Source of the DNA: Candidatus Gallispira edinburgensis
GTDB lineage: Bacteria > Bacillota > Clostridia > Lachnospirales > CAG-274
Direction of reading: 5' to 3'
DNA length: 64,000 nucleotides
NCBI GenBank assembly: GCA_904395805.1
Contig: CAJFNV010000009.1
Span: 14,111 to 78,110, forward strand
Shown here: piece after piece, positions 19,461 through 29,188 of the stretch
Numbering within the stretch: the first letter of the stretch is position 1
How the letters are laid out: every line of letters starts with the position of its first letter
The notes under the pieces: model-generated
What the model saw: only the letters and a program-made list of their open reading frames with translations
Told to the model about the DNA's origin: nothing
The model's database searches: none
Position numbers and translations under genes: made by a program

Positions 19461-20804
19461 ATGAATACCAAAACAGATTTTTTAAACGGAAAACTATATC
19501 CCCTTATACTTAAATTTTCAATTCCCGCTGCAATTTCACTGCTTATAACAGCTATATACAATATTGTAGACAGAATATTTGTAGGAAACTTTGTCGGTAC
19601 CTCTGCCCTTGCGGGTCTGTCAATATGCTTTCCTCTTTCCTATATGATGATGGCATTCGGACTTACATGCAGTGCAGGAGGCTCAACATTATTCAGCGTT
19701 TTCACAGGGCAGGAAGATAAGGATAAAATGAACAGCTCCTTCGGCAATGCCTTTATGCTTGTAATTGTTTTTGAGCTTATTCTCACAGCTTTTCTGCTTA
19801 TTTTAGCAGATCCCCTTCTTAAAATATTCGGAGTTACCCAAACATCTTATGACTATGCCCTTACTTATTACAGAATTGTAGCTTTAGGCTGTGTTTTTCA
19901 GGGACTCACTCAGGTATTCTGTGATTTTGTCCGTGTATCAGGCAAACCCTTTACAGGTATGTGTGTTACAGGTGTGGGAGCTGTAACTAACATTATTCTG
20001 GATGCCCTCTTTGTTGCTGTTTTTAACTGGGGTGTAGCAGGTGCTGCATGGGCAACGGTAATAGGACAGGTTTTATCTACCCTTTTCGGTGCATACTGGA
20101 TATTCGGCGGTAAAACTCTTGTACAAATAACAAAAAAGACCTTTAAATTTGACCTTAAAATGTCAGGCAGAATAATTTCCTGCGGTTTTGCCTTCTGGGT
20201 AGCACAGATGGCAATGGGCTTTATCTGCCTTGTTTATAACAGCCAGCTAGGAAAATACGGCGGTGATGTTGCTATAAGTGTCTATGCAGTTATTGCAAGC
20301 ATTATGACCTTTGTTATTATGCCTGCCAGCGGTATAAGTCAGGGAATTCAACCTATTATAGGCAACAATTTCGGTGCAGGAAAGTATAAGCGAGTTATGT
20401 CAACACTTTATATAGCTTCCGCATTTTCAGTTGCCGTAACCTGTATCATATGGATAATCGTTCTGGTATTTCCAAAGGCGATACTTTCTGCTTTCGGCGG
20501 AACTGCCGATATGTATGAAACAGGAATTTCGGGACTCAGGATCAATTTCTGCATAACACCTGTTTTAGGCTTTGTTATGCTTGCAACAACATTCTTTCAG
20601 TCAGTTGCAAAGCCTGTACCTTCAATTGTCATTACAATGTTAAGACAGGTTATTTTCCTTATACCTTTTATATATATTCTTCCTGTATTTATGGATATAA
20701 ACGGCATTTTCTTTGCACAGCCCATAAGCGATGCTCTCGCTCTTGTTATATCTCTTTTCCTTGTTATCCGTGAACACAGACTGCTTATAAAAAACAACAA
20801 TTAA
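19461..20804 (+). CDS. MATE-family multidrug efflux transporter
   Basis: 447 aa, 12-TM, typical MATE N-terminus LILKFSIPAAISLLITAIYNIVDRIFVG. Confidence 0.9.
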   Translation: MNTKTDFLNGKLYPLILKFSIPAAISLLITAIYNIVDRIFVGNFVGTSALAGLSICFPLSYMMMAFGLTCSAGGSTLFSVFTGQEDKDKMNSSFGNAFMLVIVFELILTAFLLILADPLLKIFGVTQTSYDYALTYYRIVALGCVFQGLTQVFCDFVRVSGKPFTGMCVTGVGAVTNIILDALFVAVFNWGVAGAAWATVIGQVLSTLFGAYWIFGGKTLVQITKKTFKFDLKMSGRIISCGFAFWVAQMAMGFICLVYNSQLGKYGGDVAISVYAVIASIMTFVIMPASGISQGIQPIIGNNFGAGKYKRVMSTLYIASAFSVAVTCIIWIIVLVFPKAILSAFGGTADMYETGISGLRINFCITPVLGFVMLATTFFQSVAKPVPSIVITMLRQVIFLIPFIYILPVFMDINGIFFAQPISDALALVISLFLVIREHRLLIKNNN

Positions 20805-20805
20805 A

Positions 20806-20843
20806 AATTCAGGGTGTCAAGATTTTTGACACCCTGAATTTTT
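20806..20843. terminator. Bidirectional terminator (15-bp perfect stem aattcagggtgtcaa/ttgacaccctgaatt)
   Basis: Flanked by A5 and T5 runs between convergent genes. Confidence 0.85.
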
Positions 20844-22152
20844 ACTCTTCTTCCATACCTGATATGTAATTTATAAACTGCTGTGCAGTTCTTCCTGAAA
20901 TTCCTCCATGGCTCAATTCCCACTTATTGGCTTCCTTGCAAAGATCTTCATCAGACATTTTAATATTCGCTCTGTGAGCAAGCCCCTTGACAATTTCAAA
21001 GTATTCCTTCTGGCTTGGCTTTGAATAGCTTATAGTTACACCAAACCTCTTTACAAGGGAAAGCTTTTCCTCCATTGTATCAGACCTGTGCATACCGTTA
21101 TTGTGTTCCATATCGTTTCTGTCACTCCAGTTTTCCTTTATAAGGTGACGTCTGTTTGATGTTGCATATATAAGTATGTTTTCAGGTCTTGTTTCAACTC
21201 CGCCCTCTATTACAGCCTTTAAAAACTTGTATTCAACTTCAAATTCCTCAAATGACAAGTCATCCATATATATAATGAATTTATAATTTCTGTTTTTGAT
21301 CTGAGCTATTACATTTGACAGATCCTTAAACTGATGCTTGTATATTTCTATCATTCTGAGTCCCTTGTCATAGAACTCATTTACAATAGCCTTTATACTT
21401 GTAGACTTTCCTGTGCCGCTGTCACCGAAAAGCAGAACATTGTTTGCCTTTTTGCCTTCAACAAAAGCTCTCGTATTATCAACAAGTTTTTTCTTCTGTA
21501 TTTCATATCCTATAAGATCATCAAGCATGACCTTGTCCATATTGTTGATAGGATGAAGCACAACACTGCTTTCAGTTGATGAAGCAATTCTGAAAGCCTT
21601 GTTAAGTCCGAACATTCCTACACCGTAATCCCTGTAGAAATCCGTAACATAATTAAATATATCATTTTCATCTTTTGCACTTTCAAGCTTTTCACTTAAC
21701 ATTTGTACTTTTTCACTTACGTTTTTATTGTACATAAGCTCTTTTTTACCTATAGCCTTGTAATCTGAAATTCTTGAAAAACAGTCTATACCCAGAGCAT
21801 ATTCAATTTCAGAAAAATCAAAGTTAAAAAGTTCAAAATAGGCTCTGAAATCATTTTTTGCAAAATAATTTACACTGCCCTCATTAGCCCCTGTTTTTTC
21901 ACATGTAATGCTGAAAGGATTTTCGTTTGTTATAAGCAGAAATGTAAGATAATTGTGCCACAGATTTTTATCGAAGCCATAGTCCGTTGCGACCTCAAGT
22001 ATTCTCTTTATCTGTGTGTAAATTCTTACTGTAAGCTCATCCTCGGACTGGTTTTTTTCATAATAGTTTTTAAAAATATCACCTAACTCCATAAGTATGG
22101 AATCCTTTGGCATATCTCCGTATATTAAAAGTCTTGATATAATATGATTCAT
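20842..22152 (-). CDS. DUF815-type AAA/P-loop ATPase
   Basis: Walker A LLFGDSGTGKST, Walker B FIIYMDDLSF, and ATSNRRHLI, typical of DUF815 ATP-binding proteins. Confidence 0.75.
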   Translation of the reverse strand: MNHIISRLLIYGDMPKDSILMELGDIFKNYYEKNQSEDELTVRIYTQIKRILEVATDYGFDKNLWHNYLTFLLITNENPFSITCEKTGANEGSVNYFAKNDFRAYFELFNFDFSEIEYALGIDCFSRISDYKAIGKKELMYNKNVSEKVQMLSEKLESAKDENDIFNYVTDFYRDYGVGMFGLNKAFRIASSTESSVVLHPINNMDKVMLDDLIGYEIQKKKLVDNTRAFVEGKKANNVLLFGDSGTGKSTSIKAIVNEFYDKGLRMIEIYKHQFKDLSNVIAQIKNRNYKFIIYMDDLSFEEFEVEYKFLKAVIEGGVETRPENILIYATSNRRHLIKENWSDRNDMEHNNGMHRSDTMEEKLSLVKRFGVTISYSKPSQKEYFEIVKGLAHRANIKMSDEDLCKEANKWELSHGGISGRTAQQFINYISGMEEE

Positions 22153-22223
22153 AATATTGACCTCCGAAATTTGTTAATATCATAATAATACCACAACTTT
22201 AATTTGTCAACTTTATTTGTAAA

Positions 22224-22952
22224 TCAAATATCCCTTTCCGACATCAGCGTAACACTTACTATAGTTATAACAGCTATGTATATAACACATATTATCACAA
22301 AACTTACATATCCGTTCTCAAGCATCTTCTGAGGTGAATTTGAATTCATACCATATGCCATTAATGAATAAGGCCATATATGCCCTAACCCCTTTGCCAA
22401 AAAAACAAGTCCCGAAAGCCCTCCTCCAAAGGAAATACCTACAGGCAGTGCAAAACTTTTTATAAATATTGAGATCAAAAGCTGTATTGCAGCCATAACT
22501 ATACCTCCGAGTGTACCGAAACCGCACCAGACTATCATTTCCTTTATGGGAACAGCACTGCTTATCCCTGCAATTTTACCTGATAAAACAAATAGAACAC
22601 CTATCCATACTTCACTTATCAGTAACATAAAAGATACCGTAATAAGCTTTGCTATAAAAATCATTCCTTTATTTACAGGCATTGTAAGCACCTTATTCCA
22701 GTTATTGTTGTTGTATTCAATTCTCATAATGTAAGAACAGTAAACTCCCAGCATAACAGGAAGAAAAAAATAGCATGTAAAAAGTGTGTGCTGTGTCCAT
22801 AAGCTGTACCACTCACTTTCAAGAATATCTATATTTGCAATATAATTAATTGTTCCAAGCAAAGCAGGTATTACAGGCATTATTATAAAAGCTAGCCACA
22901 CGGGAGAGCGGCGAAGTTTCATTCTTTCGGCTTTCAATAATCTTAACATCAT
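22224..22952 (-). CDS. Lantibiotic-immunity ABC-2 permease, MutG/LanG-like
   Basis: 242-aa 6-TM ABC-2 permease, third gene of an F-E-G arrangement. Confidence 0.7.
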   Translation of the reverse strand: MMLRLLKAERMKLRRSPVWLAFIIMPVIPALLGTINYIANIDILESEWYSLWTQHTLFTCYFFLPVMLGVYCSYIMRIEYNNNNWNKVLTMPVNKGMIFIAKLITVSFMLLISEVWIGVLFVLSGKIAGISSAVPIKEMIVWCGFGTLGGIVMAAIQLLISIFIKSFALPVGISFGGGLSGLVFLAKGLGHIWPYSLMAYGMNSNSPQKMLENGYVSFVIICVIYIAVITIVSVTLMSERDI

Positions 22953-22956
22953 ATTA

Positions 22957-23709
22957 TCAGACCTCCTTTAAAGTAAAAAGCTTTCTTCCCGCAAAATAAA
23001 GTATTATTGTGACAATAACCACTGCCGTAAAGAATGCCCAGTCCAAATCAAAATAATAAAAATCAGATATTCTTGTTTCTCTGTCCCAGTTAAGCCCCAC
23101 AAACTGTAATGCACCGTAATGTCCCCATATTATCAATTTTCTAAGGAGTGGTAACTGAGGAAGAAACATTGAAAACAACCCTAAAAATTCACCTATTACA
23201 CCTGCAAAAAATGATATTGCCTGATTTTTAAACAAAAGTGACAATGTATGCTGTACTATGTATATTTCAATCGTAGGCACAAATGTAAAAAGAGTACAAA
23301 GCAGATAAGACTTTATGGGAAATACTCCGCCGAACCCCTTTATAAAACCAAAAGCAATTACTGCTGCATACTGTATCACAAAACATACGGCAATAACCGA
23401 AATGCCGTAAATGAGCTTGGCATCATACAGTTTTTTCTTTTCAGTCATACAGCATATTAATTTAAGCATGCTTCCCTTGTGTTCTATATCACAAAGTCTT
23501 GATGCAACAACAATAGCAAGTATCGGCATAAAAATTTCATTTATTAAAGGGAGCTGATATAAAAATGCCATCCAGCCCTTTTCTATACTGTCGGCATCAT
23601 AATCGCCGTATAAGACCCAGCACAGCTCAAGAACAGTTATAACAATGGCGGTTATAAGTATATATCTTCCCCTTGTTTTCTTATACTCACATTTTAACAG
23701 ACTCATCAT
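22957..23709 (-). CDS. Lantibiotic-immunity ABC-2 permease, MutE/EpiE/LanE-like
   Basis: 250-aa 6-TM ABC-2 permease whose start overlaps the ATPase stop. Confidence 0.7.
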   Translation of the reverse strand: MMSLLKCEYKKTRGRYILITAIVITVLELCWVLYGDYDADSIEKGWMAFLYQLPLINEIFMPILAIVVASRLCDIEHKGSMLKLICCMTEKKKLYDAKLIYGISVIAVCFVIQYAAVIAFGFIKGFGGVFPIKSYLLCTLFTFVPTIEIYIVQHTLSLLFKNQAISFFAGVIGEFLGLFSMFLPQLPLLRKLIIWGHYGALQFVGLNWDRETRISDFYYFDLDWAFFTAVVIVTIILYFAGRKLFTLKEV

Positions 23710-24446
23710 AAGCTTACTTCCTCTCCTGTCAGATTTATAAATATTTCCTCAAGGCTTTTTGTTCTGTCCGTCTCATGGAGATTTTCAAGTGTTCCCTGAT
23801 ACATCATTTTACCGTTTCCTATTATGCCTATATTATCAACTATAAGATCAATTTCAGAAAGAAGATGGCTTGATATAATTACAGTCATACCGTATTTCTT
23901 TGGCAGTGAACGAATAAGCTCTCTTATTTCCTGTATCCCTGCAGGGTCAAGTCCGTTTGTAGGCTCATCAAGTATAAGAAGCTTTGGAAATGACAGGAGA
24001 GCTGAAGCCAGTCCCAGCCTTTGTTTCATTCCCAGAGAATATGCAGATGTTTTTTTGCTTTTCTGCTTGTCAAGCCTCACAATTTTAAGAACTTCATCAA
24101 TATTTTTATTGGGTAAATCAAGCATAGTGGCAAATATCTTTAAATTTTCCCTTGCTGTAAGATGTCCGTAATAAGAAGGGGATTCTATAAGAGAGCCTAC
24201 ATCCTTCAATATTTCAATTCTGTTTTTTGAATTAAATCTTTTTCCGAATATGTCTATTTCACCTTTTGTCTGATGAACAAGCCCAAGAAGCATTTTAAGT
24301 GTTGTAGACTTTCCTGCACCGTTAGGTCCCAGGAATCCGTATATTGTCCCTTCCCTCACCTCCATATTCAAATTATTTACAACGGTATTTTCTCCGTATT
24401 TTTTTGTAAGGTCATATGTTTTTACAACTTCATTCATTTTATGCAC
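23706..24446 (-). CDS. Lantibiotic-protection ABC transporter ATP-binding subunit (LanF-like)
   Basis: Walker A GPNGAGKST, signature YSLGMKQR, Walker B LLILDEPTNGLD. Confidence 0.85.
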   Translation of the reverse strand: MHKMNEVVKTYDLTKKYGENTVVNNLNMEVREGTIYGFLGPNGAGKSTTLKMLLGLVHQTKGEIDIFGKRFNSKNRIEILKDVGSLIESPSYYGHLTARENLKIFATMLDLPNKNIDEVLKIVRLDKQKSKKTSAYSLGMKQRLGLASALLSFPKLLILDEPTNGLDPAGIQEIRELIRSLPKKYGMTVIISSHLLSEIDLIVDNIGIIGNGKMMYQGTLENLHETDRTKSLEEIFINLTGEEVSL

Positions 24447-24503
24447 TTCCTTTCCTGTTTGCAGTATAATTCTAATACAATTGCCTGTCTTTAAACTTAA
24501 TTC

Positions 24504-24521
24504 AACCTTACATAAACCTTA
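24504..24521. promoter_or_regulatory. Direct repeat AACCTTA-N4-AACCTTA (11-bp phasing), candidate response-regulator binding site
   Basis: On the minus strand it reads TAAGGTT-N4-TAAGGTT, ending about 35 nt upstream of a TATACT -10 that precedes the ABC ATPase gene. Confidence 0.4.
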
Positions 24522-24593
24522 AATTTGATCAAAATTCAAAATACAGCTTTTAATAAAATTATTTATATGTTATAAATATAATGGGTGATTTAA

Positions 24594-25313
24594 ATGGACG
24601 AACTGAAAAACAAAAAAATACTTATTGTTGATGATGAAAAGGAGCTTTTAAAAATTATAGAGAGTGCTCTTTTCAATGAAGGATTTTTTAACATATACAA
24701 GGCATCAGACTGCCGTGAAGCAGTTAATATTGCAAAGGAACAGCCAATTGCCCTCTTTATACTTGATGTAAATCTCCCCGATGGCAACGGCTTTTCACTT
24801 TTTAATGAACTGCGGACATTTTCTCAGGCTCCCGTTATTTTCCTAACGGCAAGAGGAGAAGCTGACGACAAAATACACGGTCTCGGGCTTGGTGCAGATG
24901 ACTATATTGTAAAACCCTTTCTTACAAAGGAGCTTATACTCCGTATAACAGCCCTTTTAAGAAGAACATACAAAACAGCCGAAGCAAAAACAAAGATAAG
25001 TCTTTCGGACAGGATAATAGATTTAGAAACAGCCTGCGTAATTTATAAAGGAAAATCAACACCTCTTACAGCAAAAGAATTTATATTGCTGAAAAAACTA
25101 TGGGAAAGCAAAAATAAGATAGTGACAAATGATTCCCTTGCAATGGCTGCATGGGGCGATGAATACTACGGAGATGAATACTACGGATATGAAAATACAC
25201 TTATGGTTCATATAAGAAGATTACGCAAAAAAATCGAAGAAGATCCATCTTCTCCCAAACACTTGATTACCGTAAAAGGACTTGGATATAAACTGGTGAT
25301 AAAAAATGAATAA
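24594..25313 (+). CDS. OmpR-family response regulator
   Basis: Receiver ILIVDDE..LDVNLPDGNG and a winged-helix C-terminus LTAKEF.LLK..VHIRRLRKKIE..TVKGLGYK. Confidence 0.9.
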   Translation: MDELKNKKILIVDDEKELLKIIESALFNEGFFNIYKASDCREAVNIAKEQPIALFILDVNLPDGNGFSLFNELRTFSQAPVIFLTARGEADDKIHGLGLGADDYIVKPFLTKELILRITALLRRTYKTAEAKTKISLSDRIIDLETACVIYKGKSTPLTAKEFILLKKLWESKNKIVTNDSLAMAAWGDEYYGDEYYGYENTLMVHIRRLRKKIEEDPSSPKHLITVKGLGYKLVIKNE

Positions 25314-26646
25314 AACAGCTTTAAAAATTTTTACTTACTTTATTCTGACGTCTGTAATAATTTCAACTATTATGCTGTGCATATATTTTGCAGGTTTTGC
25401 CTTCATAGCAAGTGATACATTTTCAAACAGCAATGACAGTTCACCACGCCGTATACTTAACAGTATTTCAGAAAATATAAGCACTGCCGGCGGAGAAGTT
25501 TTATTACAGAATGACGTAAATATTCCCGACAATACATGGTGTATCCTATTAAATGGAGAAGGCAATATTATATGGAGCCTTAATAAGCCCGATGATATAC
25601 CTGACCATTACACTATAAATGACATTGCCAATATGACAAAATGGTTTTTAAATGACTATCCCGTATATGAAAAAGCCACAGATCACGGACTTCTTGTCCT
25701 TGGCACACCTAAAAACTCGGTAGGAAAATATGACATAGAATATTCAATGAACTGGTTCAGCACCCTTCCTCAGAGAATTTTTATTATATTTTTTATGAAT
25801 ATCGGTCTTGCAGCCCTCGTTGCCTGTCTGGTAGGAATAAATTTATACCGTAAAATAAACACTCTCACTAAAGGGATAAAAAATATGAGCAGTGAAAAAC
25901 CTGTTAAATTAAAAGAAAAGGGAATATTTAAAGAAATGGCAAAAAATATAAATGAAACTTCAAGAGCTCTCGGCAGTAAAAACGAAGCACTTGCAAAGAG
26001 AGATGAGGTACGTTCAAACTGGATATCAGGCATTTCCCACGATATACGAACACCCCTTTCAATGATAATGGGATATTCCGAATCACTGGAAAGCTCTGGT
26101 GAAATAAAAGAATGTGACAGAAAAAAAGCTGAAATTATTAAATCTCAAAGCCTAAAAATAAAAAAACTCCTTGAGGATTTAAATTTAATTTCATCTCTTG
26201 AATATGATATGCAGCCATCACGAAAAAAGCCTGTAAAAATATGTCCTTTGATAAGAAATATAGTATCGGAAATCATAAACAACGGACTGTCGGATAAATA
26301 TTCAATAACCCTTGACTTAAAATATGAGCCTGCTTTAATTTCCGGAGATGAATTTCTCCTTGAAAGAGCAGTTTTTAATATTATTAACAACAGCATTACC
26401 CATAATCCCAAGGGCTGTACAATAAACATAAGTGAATACAGAGAAAAGAATAATGTATACTTAAAAATATCGGATAACGGGATAGGTGTACCAGATAATG
26501 TGCTTAAAAACATAAACATTATTCCCAAAACCGCCCATGGAATAGGTCTTCCCCTGTCCTATAGGATTTTTACAGTCCACAGCTGTAAATTTACTGCCCT
26601 AAATAAAGACGGCTTTTCCGTTTTGATCGAATTCCCATTAAAATAA
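25306..26646 (+). CDS. Sensor histidine kinase (2 TM, HisKA, HATPase_c)
   Basis: H-box SGISHDIRTPLSMIMGY, N-box NIINNSITHN, G-box DNGIGV. It overlaps the response-regulator stop. Confidence 0.9.
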   Translation: MNKTALKIFTYFILTSVIISTIMLCIYFAGFAFIASDTFSNSNDSSPRRILNSISENISTAGGEVLLQNDVNIPDNTWCILLNGEGNIIWSLNKPDDIPDHYTINDIANMTKWFLNDYPVYEKATDHGLLVLGTPKNSVGKYDIEYSMNWFSTLPQRIFIIFFMNIGLAALVACLVGINLYRKINTLTKGIKNMSSEKPVKLKEKGIFKEMAKNINETSRALGSKNEALAKRDEVRSNWISGISHDIRTPLSMIMGYSESLESSGEIKECDRKKAEIIKSQSLKIKKLLEDLNLISSLEYDMQPSRKKPVKICPLIRNIVSEIINNGLSDKYSITLDLKYEPALISGDEFLLERAVFNIINNSITHNPKGCTINISEYREKNNVYLKISDNGIGVPDNVLKNINIIPKTAHGIGLPLSYRIFTVHSCKFTALNKDGFSVLIEFPLK

Positions 26647-26663
26647 AAATTATCTATGTAAAG

Positions 26664-26704
26664 AAAACTGTCAGCTTAAATATCTTTTTAAGCCGACAGT
26701 TTTT
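26664..26704. terminator. Bidirectional terminator between the histidine kinase and the ynbB-like gene
   Basis: Stem aaaactgtcagctt/aagccgacagtttt (one mismatch) with flanking A and T runs. Confidence 0.6.
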
Positions 26705-26731
26705 GCATTTAAATCAAATTCATATAAAGAC

Positions 26732-28015
26732 TTAAAACTTTATCAGTCCTCTTTTATACATCTGGTCAACAGCTATAATAACACCTATTTTACCATGGAA
26801 CCATGTAAGTCCGCCCTGCATATAAACAGTATAAGGCTCCTTCATAGGTGCATCTGCGCTAAGCTCAATTGATGAGCCCTGTACAAAAGCTCCTGCAGCC
26901 ATTATTACCTGTGAATCATATCCCGGCATATCCCATGGCTCAGGCTTTACATAACTGTCAACGGCAGCTCCTGCCTGTATTCCCTGGCAAAAGGCAATGA
27001 CATTTTCAGGTGTTTTCATCTGTATTGCCTCTACAATATCAGCTCTTTCCTCATCCACCTTCGGCATACACTCAAAGCCAAGTTTTTCAAATATGCCTGC
27101 GGCAAATACAGCAGTTTTAAGACTGGCATTTACAACATTTGGCGCCAGGAACAGTCCCTGTATAAGGCTTGTTGTAACTCCCAGACTTGGTCCTACCTCT
27201 CTTCCCATTCCCGGAGAAGTAAGTCTGTATGCGGCATTATCAACACATTCCTTTGTCCCTGCAATATATCCGCCCACAGGTGCAAGACCGCCGCCCGGGT
27301 TTTTGATAAGAGAGCCTACTATCATATCAGCGCCTACATCTGTTGGCTCCAGTTCGCTTACAAATTCACAGTAGCAGTTGTCAACCATGCATATGATGTC
27401 ACTTCTTACACCTTTTACGATTTCGATAATTTTCTTTACTGTTTCAATTGTAAGGCTTGGTCTGTACTCATAGCCCTTTGAACGCTGTATCTCAACTATT
27501 TTTGTCTTGTCTGTTATCATTTTCGGTATGTTTTCAAAGTCAACGGTACCGTCAGCAAGAAGAGGCAGTTCTTTATAAATAATGCCATGTTCAACAAGGG
27601 AACCTTTGACCTCTCTCTTGGCTCCTATAACACCTTCAAGGGTGTCATAGGGTGCTCCTGCTACACATAAAAGCTCATCGCCATACTTTAAATTACCGAA
27701 TAAGGCAACAGTAAGAGCATGAGTACCTGAAATTATCTGTGCCCTTACAAGGGCAGCTTCCGTATTGAAAACAGAGGCATATATATCTTCAAGCTTATCT
27801 CTTCCTATATCATTGTATCCGTATCCTGTTGTGCCGTTAAAAGCAGTATCATTTAAACCATTTTTCTGCATAGCTCTCAGGACCTTATACTGATTAAATT
27901 CTGAAATATCATCAATTTCGGCAAATTTGTGCTTTACACTTTTTTCCGCTTCAAGGCAGAAATCAAGCACCTTTTCATCTATTCCAAACTCTTTTAATAT
28001 ATAATCTCTTAACAT
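26732..28015 (-). CDS. PLP-dependent methionine gamma-lyase-family protein (aluminium-resistance / YnbB-like)
   Basis: Cys/Met-metabolism PLP fold, IISGTHALT..DMIVGSLIKNPGG. ATG 28015 lies just after the miaA stop, so the 28081 start in the track overlaps miaA and is rejected. Confidence 0.75.
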   Translation of the reverse strand: MLRDYILKEFGIDEKVLDFCLEAEKSVKHKFAEIDDISEFNQYKVLRAMQKNGLNDTAFNGTTGYGYNDIGRDKLEDIYASVFNTEAALVRAQIISGTHALTVALFGNLKYGDELLCVAGAPYDTLEGVIGAKREVKGSLVEHGIIYKELPLLADGTVDFENIPKMITDKTKIVEIQRSKGYEYRPSLTIETVKKIIEIVKGVRSDIICMVDNCYCEFVSELEPTDVGADMIVGSLIKNPGGGLAPVGGYIAGTKECVDNAAYRLTSPGMGREVGPSLGVTTSLIQGLFLAPNVVNASLKTAVFAAGIFEKLGFECMPKVDEERADIVEAIQMKTPENVIAFCQGIQAGAAVDSYVKPEPWDMPGYDSQVIMAAGAFVQGSSIELSADAPMKEPYTVYMQGGLTWFHGKIGVIIAVDQMYKRGLIKF

Positions 28016-28016
28016 T

Positions 28017-28949
28017 TTATTTCTCCTTGGTAATTTTTTCGGCAATAAATTCGGCAGCGGCTCTGGCAGAGTCAAACTCATCCATATTTATCCACACTCC
28101 GTCACTCTGATGCCTGAACCATGTTATCTGCCTTCTTGCAAAATGTCTTGTATCTCTTTTAAGTATATATATTGCATCATCAAGGGAATATTCTCCCTTT
28201 AAATAGCCTATTATTTCCTTATATCCAAGTCCTTTCATGGACACAAGATTGTCGGGATATCTTTCCATAAGCCACTTTACTTCATCTACAAGGCCCTTTT
28301 CGATCATAATGTCAATTCTTTTTTCGATTCTTTCATATAAACGTTCCCTGTCCATATTTAATATGAAGCTTTTGACATCATAGGCAGGCTCTCTCAGCCT
28401 TTCTCTTGCATTGTATTCGGAAAATTTTTCTCCCGTATCTCTGCAATATTCAATTGCCCTTATCACTCTTTTTAAATTGTTAGGATGAACGGTCTCGGCA
28501 TACTCAGGGTCAAGCTCCTTTAAAATATTGTGTACATAATCATTTCCCTTCTCTTCTGCCTCTTTTTCAAGCTCCAGACGCATTTTTTCGTCTTTTTCCC
28601 CAGGAGTAAAGTCATTGTCATATATAAGACCGTTTACATAAAATCCCGTTCCTCCTACAAGTACAGGCATTTTATTTTTTGCATATATTTCAGAGAGAGC
28701 ATTTTTAGCCATTTTCTGAAAAACAGCAATTGAAAATTCCTCATCAGGATATAAATCATCTATCAAATAGTGCTTTATGCCCTGCTTTTCCTCCTCTGTC
28801 ACTTTTGCCGTTCCTATATCCATATATTTATATACCTGCATGGAATCTGCAGATATTATCTCTCCGTCTATAATTTTTGCAAGCTCCACGGACACAGCGG
28901 TTTTTCCGCAGGCAGTAGGTCCTGCAATCGTTATAAGTTTCGGTTTCAC
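28017..28949 (-). CDS. miaA: tRNA dimethylallyltransferase
   Basis: LITIAGPTACGKTAVS..SADSMQVYKYMDIGTAK..GGTGFY. Confidence 0.95.
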   Translation of the reverse strand: MKPKLITIAGPTACGKTAVSVELAKIIDGEIISADSMQVYKYMDIGTAKVTEEEKQGIKHYLIDDLYPDEEFSIAVFQKMAKNALSEIYAKNKMPVLVGGTGFYVNGLIYDNDFTPGEKDEKMRLELEKEAEEKGNDYVHNILKELDPEYAETVHPNNLKRVIRAIEYCRDTGEKFSEYNARERLREPAYDVKSFILNMDRERLYERIEKRIDIMIEKGLVDEVKWLMERYPDNLVSMKGLGYKEIIGYLKGEYSLDDAIYILKRDTRHFARRQITWFRHQSDGVWINMDEFDSARAAAEFIAEKITKEK

Positions 28950-29188
28950 TTAAACACCTCATTTCAAAATGGTATTATAATATATTTATTTGTCTTTGTA
29001 AATAATTTTTACATAAACAGGTTATAATCTTAATTGTAATTAATACAGATCAAAAATGTATCCCTTAATAATGTTGTAACAACTTGTAAGATTTTATTTT
29101 AAAATTTAATATAAATGTAATTGAAAACGTAACAAAAATGATGTATTATACTATTATGGTTATTTTTGTAAATTTTTGGAGGTTTAGT

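Noticed and set aside
28016-28081. N-terminally extended starts offered by the ORF track: 28081 for the ynbB-like gene, 29138 for mreB, 35057 for minE, 53882 for lysR, 49241 for the zeta-like gene and 11680 for feoA.
   Set aside because: The extensions overlap upstream genes or promoter DNA, lack an SD and add non-conserved residues. Internal ATGs with good SDs give the canonical N-termini.
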